DNA from: Azolla caroliniana
Lineage: Eukaryota > Plantae > Polypodiophyta
Assembly (NCBI GenBank): GCA_043228905.1
Contig: JBHGNT010000008.1
Coordinates: 16,554,001-16,618,000, forward strand
Length of the DNA stretch: 64,000 nucleotides
Reading direction: 5' to 3'
The notes below the pieces were generated by a model. The model saw only the letters and a list, made by a program, of their open reading frames with translations. It was not told the DNA's origin and did not search any database. This document shows positions 1-12,731 of the stretch, piece by piece. Each line of letters begins with the position of its first letter. The first letter of the stretch is position 1. Both the position numbers and the translations under genes were made by a program.

Positions 1-431
1 TCCCTTTATATAATTTTTATTTTGTATTTTTAAAAATATTTTTAGAAAAAAATAAAAAATATGTTTTTGGACATGGTGCTTATTATAGAACCAAGCTTGT
101 GCCTATTTTGGACATTGTTGTTGTTACTTAGCCTTGAGCAAAATGTCCTCAAAGTCAAGTGAAAATTCTTTGTTTTCTATTGAGCCTGTTATATTATCTG
201 ATAACTCCTTATTCTCAATAGAGGAATATAGTCATGTTAATAATAAAAGGTGCCATGTTAAGACCAACGACGATCAAGAGTGAAGTTCGACGTCAATTTT
301 TCGATCGAGCCATTAAACTTAGGTAAAATAAGTTATATTAAAGTAGATACAACTCATGTCGAGTCTAGTTTATCGAATGCTAACGAAGATTGTGTCAATA
401 AGCCTCTAATTTTCAAAGAGTTCCTCGACAA

Positions 432-2566
432 GTGAGTGTTAAAAGATATAATTTTTTGTGTTCGGATCGACAAATTTCAATTGACATATGCAAGGTATGT
501 TGTGGGAGCCTTTGTCTATCAAAATTTGGAAAGGCAAACTTGCGGGGGTTGCGACAAAAGTATTTGTCTCTCAATGGGGATGAACAAGATACATTCTTGA
601 TTGCCAATATGCAACTTGTTAAGGACCATCTGGTAGTGTCGTGTTCTCAGCAGGTGTAATATTACCTTTCACTTACTACGAAGAGTTGTCGAGTTGCTTT
701 TAAAATTGCTTATAGCATCAGGAACATGAGGCTACAGAGAATTCAACATCGATTACTGAAAGGGTGGTGGGTGCCTTTCAACAATACAAAATTTTCATGT
801 AAGGGCTTGATTGAGCAACATGTTGTTAGATGGTTGAAGATTTATTTCTCAAAGCAATGTGATGTTATGCCCACCACTGAAAGGTTACATTTGTCAGATA
901 ACTTAACTCGTCGTGAGGTATACCAAGGCTATAAGGATGACATGTTATTGGAAAGTGTACATTATATACAATATCAGCATTTTAATCGTTTATGGCGATT
1001 GAAGTTTAACAATGTGCTCATACCCCGCAAGGTTTGCATGGGTGTTTGTTCGATCTGCACGAGTTTAAAAAGATTGGCAAAGAGTGGGACAATAGATGAA
1101 GAAATAACAAAATATAAGACTTTATTGAGAGAGCCTCGAGAAAGCCATGCGTTGGAAAGATCTAAAGCTATGCACCATCGTCAAAAAGTGCTTCAATTGC
1201 GAGAAAACAACATGTGCTTGATTATAAATGGGATGGATCAAATGAAAACTTGTTTGCCACATTTTTGAAGGTTGCCCAAGGATATTGGAGATGAATGCCT
1301 AGTGCAGATGCACTTAGTAGGATGTCTTTTGTATTGTTAGACAATAAGGCCTCAAGTGTTCTTAACTTATCCAAATATCCACAACGACCCTAATCTTACA
1401 GTTACAGTCATGCAAAGAGTTCTGCAGAGTTGAGAATAAGTGCTCTTAACTTATCCAAATATCCACAACGACCCTAATCTTATAGTTACAGTCATGCAAA
1501 GAGTTCTGCAGAGTTCTACAAAGATGAATGCCTAGTGCAGATGCACTTAGTAGGATGTATTTTGTATTGTCGGACAATAAGGCCGCAAGTGTTCTTAACT
1601 TATCCAAATATCCACAACGACCCTAATCTTACAGTTACAGTCATGCAAAGAGTTCTGCAGAGTTGAGAAGGTTTACTCCCACCAGTACTATAAGTGCAAC
1701 TTAACATCACGGCGAGAGAAAACAAGAATTGAACTGTGTTTAGTTACCTGAGCATGTTAGTAGAAAAGGGTATTTCCAAAAAGATTAAGGTCAACTTCTG
1801 GCTAGTTGGTCATACACATGATCACATTGATCAAATGTTTAGTAGGTTCTCCAAGAAATTAGCGAGGTGAGATACTTTCACACTTCCTGTGCTATCAAGG
1901 TTGATCGCTGAAGCTTATACCCCCAACCCAGATGTGCAACATTTAGATGAAGTATATGATTTCAAGCACATTTGTTTGGATGGTGATGGGATTGCATGTA
2001 GGGTTTTAATCACGTCTTCCTCATCCAAAAAAGTGTGCTCGGTCACAATTAGACCATGCGGTATGCCAAACAATACTCATCTAGTTCGCAATGGGAGCCA
2101 CAAGACGTATGTAGGCTCTTATTGTATTTCCCAGATGCAACAATCTACGGTGTTGAGCAAATGCCCTATGAAGACCATAAAAGATTGGCTGTTGGTAGTT
2201 CAATTGAAGAGCAAAAGATATATTGGATGTGGTGCCTTGAGGAAAAATAGAAAAATATTGAGCAAACCAAAAATTACGTTGGTGATCAAGATTTGGATTG
2301 GTGGAATGTCTTCTTTAATCATCAACATACAATATTAAATAACCACTTTACAGGGTACCGACCACTACAAAATCAATTCAAATGGGAGCTTGGTGGCCCA
2401 TCAATGTCAAACACGACTCCTTTACAACCACTAGATAATCTTGAATTGAATAATCTAGTTTGTCCATGACCAAGAGATATTTACACGGGAGCAAGATTAT
2501 CACATGCTGTAGAGTCCGGGTGGCAAGGACATCTACATGATCTACAAGTTCGGATGTTGAACGCAC
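432..2566 (+). pseudogene. Decayed DNA-transposon transposase (DUF7869/Sola-like DDD type), with stops and frameshifts
   Basis: Fragments read C..CCGSLC, CxxC (GVCSICTSL), IINGMDQMKTCLP, and at 1682-1866 PVL*VQLNITARENKN*TVFSYLSMLVEKG..KIKVNFWLVGHTHDHIDQMFSRFSKKL. This fits the recalled family motif LxLQLDNxxRENKN...VGHTHxDIDQxFS. The family name is from memory, not from a search. Confidence 0.7.
1290..1668 (+). repeat. Local duplication inside the transposase pseudogene: ~148 bp x2 plus a third ~75-bp partial copy
   Basis: agatgaatgcctagtgcagatgcac...gttctgcagagttgagaa at ~1290 and ~1522; cttaacttatccaaatatccacaacgacc occurs three times. Confidence 0.9.
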
Positions 2567-2584
2567 CATTAGAGTTGATGACGT
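2567..2584 (+). repeat. Left stub of the tRNA-Met array (start of a B subunit, split by LTR element A)
   Basis: cattagagttgatgacg matches the array consensus and resumes as acgcaagttccttgcgcatag at 13783. Confidence 0.75.
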
Positions 2585-3645
2585 TGTCACGAAAATACGA
2601 CGAGGACACATGAACTTGAGGCAGGACCCCGGGGCCTACTACTAGAGGATATCAAATTCGTGCGTTTTTGTATTAAGAATTAATTAATATGACAAAGTTT
2701 GATCAATTTTATTAGTAAAGAAAGAGAAAAATTACAATATGTCCCAAGATTGGGATTCAGAAGTTTAAGGTTTACTAAGATTAATAGAAAAGAAAAATTA
2801 GGGGTTTTGAGAGATATGGCTTCCGTAGGTAAAATTAGGGTTTTTGAGTCTTATGGCTTCCGTAGGGAAAATTAGGGTTTTTGAATCTTATGGCTTCGTA
2901 AGATGAGGGAGAGAAGGAAAAAAAAAAAACATGAAGAGCGCCCGAGTGTTGGAAAAAAATGGAAATTTATATGGGTTTCTTTGTTGATCCCTCCCTTTCA
3001 TGTTCCTTTCCCTCCCCCACTTTTAGTTGCATAGCCTCCATTTTTAGTTGCTTCGCCTCCATTTTTTGTTGCTTTGCCTTTACTTTTAGTTGCATGCGAT
3101 CATTTTGTATAATTCGGCCACATGATCCAAAAATCATCCATAAAGTTCAACCAGTGCGTAATCCGTACGTGCGTTGCAACCAAACCATAGACGCGGCCGC
3201 GGGCGCTCGACCCGACCGCGCCATGTACGTGTCCCGACTTCGTCGTGTACGCATCCGCGCGCTCATTCGCAAACATGCGCGCGTCCCGATCGGGCCGTAC
3301 GCAGTGACTCAAAATCATTTGAGCCATTCATCCACATAGTTTAGCCCAAGTCACCTTGAACATTTTGTGCTTCAGACATAGACATAAAGTAATAGGTTCT
3401 GACTCTCCTTATATAATATGGGATCCAATGTTGTCCTATCTATGTGGGATATCTCATAGTTTTGTTTTTCCCAATCTTCTCAAACTTCACTCTCACATAA
3501 CTTGATACTTATTTATCTGTTTCATACGTAGAAAAATGCATTATAAAGCTCTTGAAGATATCTATCTTCCTATATCAATCCATAAAGCTAATCTTAGATA
3601 CTTATTTTACTAGTTTTCATATCGTGTGTGAAAAACCACACGACA
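2585..3645 (-). repeat. 3' LTR of element A
   Basis: tgtcacgaaaatacg...aaaaccacacgaca, similar to 12732-13782. Confidence 0.9.
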
Positions 3646-3826
3646 TTCACCCCCACCAAACCTGCACATCCACCGATATGTGCCAATTGTATTGAGGTTC
3701 CTCTTTTGATTATTCTACTTCATCGATGTTTCTTCTTTATACCCAAACCGTTGTTTTCCATCCGATCTACCATATTCTTCGCTCACTCTTTGCATTTCCG
3801 TGGCTGGTTTCCATGGCTCCCTTTTC

Positions 3827-5400
3827 TCATGTAGAACATAATGCTTCATGCTTTGTGCATGTGCCACCTTCATCTCGACCATCTCCTTGGTCATCTAACT
3901 TTCTTTTATCATCCTTTCTTGTTCCATGCATGCCTTTCAAAGGATTTATCCAAATAGTATTGTTGAGTACTCTTAGTGGTTCATTCTTCAACTGCATGCA
4001 CATCTCGAGGTCCTTAAGTGAACACATTTCATGCATCTCACTTTTTCTACTTTCGTGGTATACTTTGGAGTTGACCATGCCTTGTTGCACGCACTAGCTT
4101 CAACCGTTGCTTCCTCGCCGCCACTGTCCTTCTCTTGAGTCTTACATCGGTTAATGCCCAAGTCTCTCGAACGAGTGTGGAGGGATCCATACGTTTTCAT
4201 AGTTTGTCTTTGTTGTGCTACCCTTAGCCGCTTCCACCTTATGGTTGTCCGCATTGGGTTTGACCTTTGTTTCTTCGTCGCCACCTTCCATCTTTTGGGT
4301 TTTACATCGGTTAATGCCCAAGTCTCAAGAACTTTTGTGGGGAAAGTCTCTTCATGATCATCGTCTACCCTCTTCATTTTCACGTCTCTCTCTTCTTCGC
4401 ACATGTTAGCTTCGGCCTTCACTTACTCGTCGCCACCTTCCGTCTCTTGGGTCTCACGTTTGCTTTCCGACGCATCTGCCCAAGTTTCTAGAACAAGTGT
4501 GGAAAAAGTCTTGACATGGCCATCCACCATTGACTCGTCCATAACCACCTCTGACTCGATGTCATTTTTCGTGGCTATCTCCTCAATCATGTCGGCCTCA
4601 CACTTTTTATCTCCCTTGATCATGTAAGCTTTGCTCATGCTTGCACCTTTATCAATTGATGTTTCAGACACGATACGTGTTCCAAAATATTTGTCCTCGC
4701 TTGAAGTGGCATTCGCCACCCTCGATTCATTAGTTTCATTCTTCATCATTGTTTCTTTGCAAGACGAGAAGGCGTCTTGTTCCACACCTTTTCCCATGGT
4801 GCTGTTGTACCGAACTTGGGCCTGTGTATTGGCAGTATCATTACTCCACCTTTGTTGGGAAGTCTCTTCTTCCTTGATAACCATTGTAATCGGTTTTGGT
4901 TCCATAATAATATTCTCTTTGGCCTCGAGTTGCACCATTACATTCTAATATGCCTCGTTTATGAAGGCCTATATGTCGAGTACCATCGAACCTTCCCTCT
5001 TCAAGCTCTCTTCTTTAGGTGGTAGTTTGTAGTTGCTTCCTGTCCTCCTTTCACCATCCCTCATGGGTTGTGTTGTTGTTGATGAGAATCTTGTCTTCCT
5101 CTTATCGTGTAGTTGACATATTGTTTCCACTTTCATCTAATCCTCTGTGAGGTCATTTGCACCATCATCATCCTCAAGTCGGATTCCAATGGCCTTCCTT
5201 TCCTTCTGATCGATTGACTTCACAAACATTAGAACTTTATCCACCCCCACCAATCTTTGATCCTGCTCCAAGAGTTGTGCAAAGCGACACTCGAACTCAA
5301 TGAAAGCATGCATGGCTCTCTAGTGGGTCTTCATAGATAAGACCCATTGGTAGAACATGTATAGGTTGCATCTCTTACCTCTTTCTATCTATATGCCTCC
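3827..5400 (-). pseudogene. Degenerate gag-like region and charged low-complexity ORF of element A
   Basis: Minus-strand translation near 5120-5360 (FIEFECRFAQLLEQDQRLVGVDKVLMFVKSIDQKERKAIGIRLED) aligns by eye with gag of B (FESRFRGLSARDQAILAPYKVIMFLRAVDVRDRKDLRVLLED); ORFs 4423-4938 and 3988-4422 follow. Confidence 0.65.
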
Positions 5401-6225
5401 ATGAGATATCCTCCTGCCGCCTCCTCACTTGTGTTGTGTCTCTTGGCGCCGGATCGTTACGTGAGTCGGGTGGGAACCGCTAGGGATTTGGACTAGGAGA
5501 AAGGAGATCGTGAGATAGAGATCAATTATGAGTAAATAGCAAAGAGAAAGATAAGAAAATTGTGAATCACACGAGTATACTATATTAATTGGTACTTAGG
5601 TTGTTAAGAGAGAAGTAGATGCATAAATCGTGAATCCCACGAATAATTTTTGTATTGATCAATACTTAATCCAAAATAACCAACCCTTATACATCTTTCT
5701 CTCCTCCTTATATAAGGACGGAAGAGGCTAAGCATAGCTTCTTGCTTCTCTAAAGTGTTCATGCTCTCTAAATTTGCATGCTTTTCTTTTCCCACTATGA
5801 TTTCCTGAATTTAGCATTCATGCCTGCTAGATGTGCATGCGTAATTTTATTAGTATACATATAAAGTTTTCACGGACTCTAAAAATGCATGACTTACCTT
5901 TTAATAAAGGTAGGCGAAAATAAAGGTTTTATACATATTAAATCTATATTTGAAACACTTAGAATAAGTTAGTATAAGGGTAAGGTTGGAGTTTGTCTAC
6001 GTGGAGGTGCAGGGTTAGAATCCTGCCCTATGCATGTAATAGAAAATTTAATGTTTCTTTTATTTACAATTGTGTCTCTTCATCCCGTAAGAGACTCTCA
6101 CCAGCCTTCTTCATCCAGCTCTTCCTTGCCGATTCCTCCTTGCCGGTTCCTCTTCGTCCGGTTCTCACCGGGTATTTCCTTCTCTATCCGGATGGACAAA
6201 ATGCAATTTCCACGTAGTGTGTAAA

Positions 6226-9200
6226 TTACACTACGACACTCACCCCCTCTAAACCCACACATCCTCCGGTATGTGCCGAAGTTCCCGATGTTCCATATTT
6301 GCCTCCATCCGTATCGCTCTTCGAATCTTCCCTTATGTCGACTACGAGTTGAAGTCCACTTTCTTCGCTATCCGCATCACCGCGATCTTTGTCCGGTTGC
6401 TCCTCATTGTTGGTCTCGTCTATGGCTACATAAGTTTTGTTGTTAGTTTGCTTCTTGAAGATCTTCACCCATTTCCCTGCTATAGGCACTCGTAGTATCG
6501 TTCCATCCAACTCACTTAGTCGGTAAGTTCCGTTGTCGAAAACTTTCTGAACCTCATATGGGCCGAACCACCTTTTTGTGAACTTCCGTACCGTTGTATG
6601 TTGATGATCCAAACTACTGTCATAGAAAATCACCCAATCTCCTTCTTCAATCTTCCGTGGTCGTAGTCAGTGCTTGGTGTCGAACTGGCTTTTGTTCTGG
6701 AGTCGCACTTCTTGTTGTCAGCGTGACGCTTCCGCTACATCTTCTGGTCTTCCCTCCAGTTGTCATATCTAGACCGCTAGTAGTTCTTCCCAGCTCATCT
6801 CTTCCTTCCATGGTAGCATTGTCCATGTCGCGATTGCGGTTTCCGTTGGCATTACCGGTGCTTGTTCGGTCATAAATTCTGCCGACATATAACCGGTTAC
6901 GGAGCTATGCGTCGTCCGATCTGCCCATAGTGCATATGGGAGCATCTGCAGCCAATCCGTCACCCTTCCGTCGCATGCTTTGGCCAGTGCTTTGACGATC
7001 GGACTATGTCCTCGCTCGACCTTCCCGTTGGCTTCCGGATTGTATGCCGTTGTTAGTGTTAACCGAACTCCATGTTTGGCGAAGAATCCCCTAGCTTTAT
7101 CAAAGTCAAGTTCTCCCCGATCCGCAATCACTTGTCCTACGCACCCGTACCTGCAAAACACTTCTTCTAAAAGAAATTGACATACTGCAGAACACGTTTT
7201 TCTTCGTAGCGCCCAACCTTCTACTTGATTTGTGAGATCTTCCTGAGTTAACACCAAGTACTTCTTTTGTCCGATCCCGGTTAGCATGGCTACAATGTCG
7301 ACCATCCATTTGAAGTTGATTGTCGGTGAGAATGTCGGATGGAACTCATCTCGGTGTCGAACTCCGGAGTAGATTTGACACTTCTTGCAGCTTTCCGTGA
7401 ACTCCGCGACATCTTTGTACATATTCTTCCACCAATATCTTTGCTTGATCTTCCCAAATGTTGCCCATGTTCCCCGATGTCCAGTCCAATCAGATTCGTG
7501 AAATTCGGACATTACCTGGTTTCGTTGCTCTTTTGTCCAGACTACTCAAAGTGGTATGCCACCCGGTCTTTTCGGCTCCTTCCATAAAAATCCATTTTTC
7601 AAGAAGAACTTTCAAACTTGCCGTTTCTTACTTCAGATCTCGGCTCTCTTCTCTTTATTGTCCGATGATTCCTCGATTTCTCGTAGTATTTTCCCGATCA
7701 ACAAGCTTTTTCCCTCGTATTCTTCTTCCCGGAATTCTTGGTTTACGTCCACTCGGCATATGTGCTCCAAAGCAAAGTAGTCTTCGGAAACTTCTTCATT
7801 ATCGGATTCGGTTATGTCATCTGCGAACCACGCCCTTGATAGCTTGTCCGCTACAACGTTGTCTTTTCCGGAGATGTGTCTTACCTCTGGATTAAGTGAC
7901 TTAACATACGCAATCCACCTTAGCATAGCCACATCCGGTATAGTACAACACCGCATCATCCCGAGTATCGGAAGACAATCCGTTTCGATCACTACTTCGG
8001 CTCCGATCAAATAATCTCGATCCGATTTTATTGCCGACACGACTCCCCATAATTCTCTTTTGACTTGCACATACCCGCATTGCCTTTCGTTGAGAACCTT
8101 TGCTCCGAATCGGATCGGATATCGCGAACCATCCGAGTCGAGTTGATTGATGACCCATCCGATTCCTGTTGGACTTGTATCAACCGTTACTATAATCGGT
8201 TGGTCATAGTTCGGCTTCTTTAGAGCTTCAGCCCTCTGCAGTGTTTTCTTGAGCTTCCTCATGGCTTCGGTGTGTTCCGGTTTCCATTCGAACTTCTTCC
8301 CCTTCCGCAACAAGTGATAGAGTGGGTCCGCAATATGTGCGTAGTGCGGAATCCATATGTGATAGAATGCACATGCTCCAAGAAACCTTCGGACTTCGGA
8401 TTGTGACTCGCATACTTCTTTCATAGCTTGAATCGCATCAATCTTGGTTGGTGACGGTCTTCGGCCGTAGGGCCCACATAGATGTCCGACTACCAATATT
8501 TCTTCTTGTCCGAATGCCGATTTCTCCCCGGAAAGTGTTAGATGCACATCTTCTAACTTCCGTAACCCTTTCTCACAATCACGGATATGGTTCACTACGA
8601 ACCTTCGGCATCCCCGTTCATCCATAGCTTCATCTATTTCTTCCACTGCACACCCTTTTATCAGAATGTCATCTAGGAACGGCATCGTTATCTCCGGTAT
8701 GCAATCCCGGAGCACCTTGTTCATCGCATTCATCATATGTGCGACTGAGTTCGTCGCGCCTTGTGGTAGCATACACATCCGGACTAATCCTATCGGTGAC
8801 CGCATGGTAGTGATGTCTCGGCTCTCCACGGCTAGTTGGAATTGGTCATATCCGGAGTATAGGTCTCCGATGGAGTATATCGTGCGACCGACAAATGCTT
8901 CCGCAAATTCATCTACTATCGGACCGACTCCGGAATTCCGAATCGTGACCTTGTTCATCGGTTGCAAGTTTTGGATAAATCGGAGTGACCCATTCTTCTT
9001 CGGAACCGTAAACCATCGATTTGAGTACAGAGCGTTTGATGGCTCTAGAATCCCCATCGCCACCTTCTCCTTGAGCAAGTCGATGACTTTCGGAATATGC
9101 GCCCGCGGCACTGGAATCGGCTTCAGGCTCCACGGCACATGGTGAATCGTGAAGATCACCATCGGCTCCACTATCTTCGGATCAACGCACCCTATCTCCT

Positions 9201-11888
9201 TCGATGTGAATGCAAATGCTTTTCCATGTTGTTCCAGCATCTCACGAAACCGTTCTTCTCCTTTTTGTGAGAGGAAACCACCTCCACCGATCCGAAGTTT
9301 CTTCCGGGTCTCATCCAAGAAGGCATGTCCGATATCCACAGACTTTCGAAGTGTTGGATCTCCCGAGACTTCTTTCCTCTTTTGTTTGCTATCGGCGGGT
9401 AGCGGTCCTGCGGCCGGTTTCACTTTCTTCTCCACGGTCTTGTACTTCGTACTTACCATTACTTCTTCTTTGCGGAACTCATTTGGCCCCATTTTCGCAA
9501 TGATCTCGTACATCTCGACCGATTCCACCGGGACTACTTGGTCTTCTTGGTTTTTACACTCCACAAGCTCTTCAAGCCGTTGTAGCGTGCTCCCATAGAA
9601 CACTTCTTTGACTACACCCACGATTTCTTCATCTTCTTTTATTATTGATGCCGACCATAACTTACTCTTTACCTTTCAGTATTCTTTCTTCATTCCTCCG
9701 GCTACGGCTACGTACGTTGAATCCCCATCCGGACCGATTTGTACTTGTTTTGTTCCGAGAGTCTTCTTCCTGTGTGGGGTATCAGGACTTCTCGGACTAT
9801 CACTTCCCCACTCCGCAATAGTCCGATCTAAAAATCCATCTTCATTTGGGACAAGAGCTCCCTCTTGTTCCTTTCATGATTTGCTGGCACCATTAGGAAT
9901 TGGACGGATTTCCCTCCGTTTTGGCTCCGAATTCGCGCAAAAGCCGCACCGCTATCGAGCACCTTCGTCTCCATCTGTGATGCCGTGATAAAGGGTTGCC
10001 CGAGGATCACGGAGTGTGAGATCTCATCTTGCACGAAGAAATTTTGGTCTATCTCCACATCCCCGATCTTCACCACAACATCCGGACAAGCCGCAAATAG
10101 TTCTTCCGTTGCTTTAGTTGCTGCCCGGATCTTCCACCCATGATTCGTGTTAATAGGCCACTTACCCTTCCGGTAGAACTCCTTGGACATCAAGTTGATC
10201 TCCGATCCATGATCAATCAATGCTAGCACGGGCTCTTTGATGTTACCGATTCGGACCGGAGTCTCCGTAGTTGCGCGTGCCTATTGTGGCTTTCTGTAGT
10301 GAGAATTCGGTATTTCGTCCTCCAATTCGGTGTCATTCATTAGAATGGTATTTGCATTCACCCTTGGAGCATTCTCCACCGTACTTTGCCTTTTTCTCTT
10401 CACGAGATCCACAAGAAGATCGTGGAACTCCTTCTTCGTTATTCCAAGTAATTCTCGAAGCGAAAAATCTACCCGGTTATCGAGGATTCTCTCCTCGAAC
10501 ACCTTTTTCAAGTCCATTTGTTGTTCAATGTCCGAGGCGAGCTTGAATGCCGGAATCATCTTTTCTTTTCCCTTACCTCCAGAGTTCTAGCTTTCCGGTG
10601 TCTTCGATGGACCGGCCGCCTCATTCGTGCGCCGTCGCTTCTCATTTACATACACTTCATGCAATTGGCATAAAGCAAACACGCTATTCTTATCCACGGG
10701 GCACTCCCATCCTGTAGCTTCACAGATGCTTTCCGCGGTGCTTCGGATCTCATTGGAGTCGGTTTTCTTGGGGTTTCCTAGCATATCCGGCCAAATAGAC
10801 GCCTTTGCTCCCGACGACTCACCCACACTTATTCCCGTGGTTGTCGCATAATTACCTTTTTCCGCTATTTCCTCCTCTAGAACATTCTTCATGCCACCTT
10901 TCCTGAAGTTCGGTCGGAGTGGCTTCCGAGAGTCCATCGATTGAATCTGATTTCCCTCGTAGTAGATAAGATCCCATCGTAACGCCTCCTTGTGCTCGTT
11001 GCAATCCCTCCGATCGTATTCAGTACTGTCACACCATATACATCGACGGTCCATATACTTGGAGTTTGTGGGACGGTTTCCCGACTTCTTCACCATCGCG
11101 ATTTTCAGATTCTCCATATCTTTAAGCAACTGCTCCACCGTGGTTGCATCAATCCCCTTCTCGGTCGTAGTCTCTCGAGCCCGCAGTTGATGGTCCTCCA
11201 CTCCAGATTTCAGTTTCGGAATCGGCTCCAAAACCCTCTTCTCTTCGTTAGCCAACCACTATCCCCTCTTTGTGTATCGCGCAACGATATCCCGCACGCT
11301 TTCCCACGTTTCGGTGAGGCCGCTTTCGGTGGTCGTGTCCTCCAGAAGCACTCTGAGATCTTTCCGGTCCCGGACGTCTACGGCTCGTAAGAACATGATA
11401 ACTTTGTACGGTGCAAGGATAGCTTGATCTCTCGCGGACAGCCCCCGGAACCGACTTTCGAATGACGAAAACACTTCGAGGACCTTCAGCCCCTTACCTG
11501 GCGTTTCCACCCAATCTTCGAATCCCCTCCGCGTTGGCTTGGAGGAGTCCTTGATGGCGAATGTGGTCTTTAACGCTTCTTTAAATGCTTCCCACGTCGG
11601 ATTTTGTTGTTGTAACCCGTGCATACTCCCTTGAAGCCCATCGGTCGCCACCTGATTGAAGGATGTCACTTCCAGTCCTTCTGAAATCCGACATCGGAGC
11701 ATCTTTGCCTTGTCGTCCTTCAAATATCGCGACACATCCTTATTGTTGAATTGCCCGTTGCGTTGCCCGAGCCGCTCTACTGCTACTGAAATCTCCGACA
11801 TCGCGTGTTGTTCTTGTAGCATCCGCTCGAACATTGCCATCATATTGTTAGCTTGTTGATTCTCCATCTCCTTACCACCCGTATTCAC
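6226..11888 (-). pseudogene. gag-pol of element B, interrupted by stops and frameshifts
   Basis: gag 11888-10587 (CIWCDSTEYDRRDC knuckle-like); protease LIDHGSEIN (9828-10229); RT LPQGATNS...FLDD and RNase H VDTS...ETDC (7633-9621); integrase H-H-C-C, IADRG, NGKVE (6769-7512); GPY motif (6226-6633). Confidence 0.92.
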
Positions 11889-11901
11889 GTCGGGTTCACC
11901 A
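11884..11901 (-). promoter_or_regulatory. Primer-binding site for tRNA-Trp
   Basis: Plus strand ttcacgtcgggttcacca equals the 3' 18 nt of plant cytosolic tRNA-Trp including CCA; the same motif is at 20330-20347 and 48943-48960. Confidence 0.85.
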
Positions 11902-12731
11902 CTTGTGTCGTGCCTCTCGGCGCTGGTTCGTTACGTGAGTCGGGTGGGAACCGCTAGGGTTTTGGACTAGGAGAAAGGAGATCGTGAGATAGAGATCAAT
12001 TATGAGTAAATAACAAAGAGAAAGATAAGAAAATTGTGAATCACACGAGTATACTATATTAATTGGTACTTAGGTTGTTAAGAGAGAAGTAGATGCATAA
12101 ATCGTGAACCCCACGAATAATTTTTATATTGATCAATACTTAATCCAAAATAACCAACCCTTATACATCTTTCTCTCCTCCTTATATAAGGACGGAAGAG
12201 GCTAAGCATAGCTTCTTGCTTCTCTAAAGTGTTCATGCTCTCTAAATTTGCATGCTTTTCTTTTCCCACTATGATTTCCTGAATTTAGCATTCATGCCTG
12301 CTAGATGTGCATGCGTAATTTTATTAGTATACATATAAAGTTTTCACGGACTCTAAAAATGCATGACTTACCTTTTAATAAAGGTAGGCGAAAATAAAGG
12401 TTTTATACATATTAAATCTATATTTAAAACACTTAGAATAAGTTAGTATAATGGTGAGGTTAGAGTTTGTCTACGTGGAGGTGCAAGGTTCAAATCTTGT
12501 CCTATGCACGTAACAGAAAATTTAATGTTTCTTTTATTTACAATTGTGTCTCTTCATCCCGTAAGAGACTCTCACCGGCCTTCTTCATCCAGCTCTTCCT
12601 TGCCGATTCCTCCTTGCCGGTTCCTCTTCGTCTGGTTCTCATCGGGTATTTCATTCTCTATCCGGATGGACAAAATGCAATTTCCACGTAGTGTGTAAAT
12701 TACACTACGAGAACGTCGGGTTCACCAAAGA

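Larger units (their letters stand above)
5432..12712 (-). mobile_element. Element B: near full-length Ty3/Gypsy non-chromovirus (Phygy/Selgy-like)
   Basis: LTRs at 5432-6238 and 11906-12712; PPT ctcaccccctc at 6239; PBS at 11884-11901; domain order gag-PR-RT-RH-INT; no chromodomain seen. Confidence 0.92.

Noticed and set aside
2790-2900. attagggttt repeats resembling plant telomere motifs
   Set aside because: They are ~37-bp subrepeats within LTR A, not tandem TTTAGGG.
6271-11859. Plus-strand ORFs over element B, and similar antisense ORFs over other TEs
   Set aside because: They are antisense shadows of gag-pol frames with no recognisable motifs.
11884-11901. tRNA-Trp gene fragments at 11884, 12713, 20330 and 48943
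   Set aside because: Each is only the 3' 15-18 nt with CCA next to an LTR, so they are primer-binding sites.
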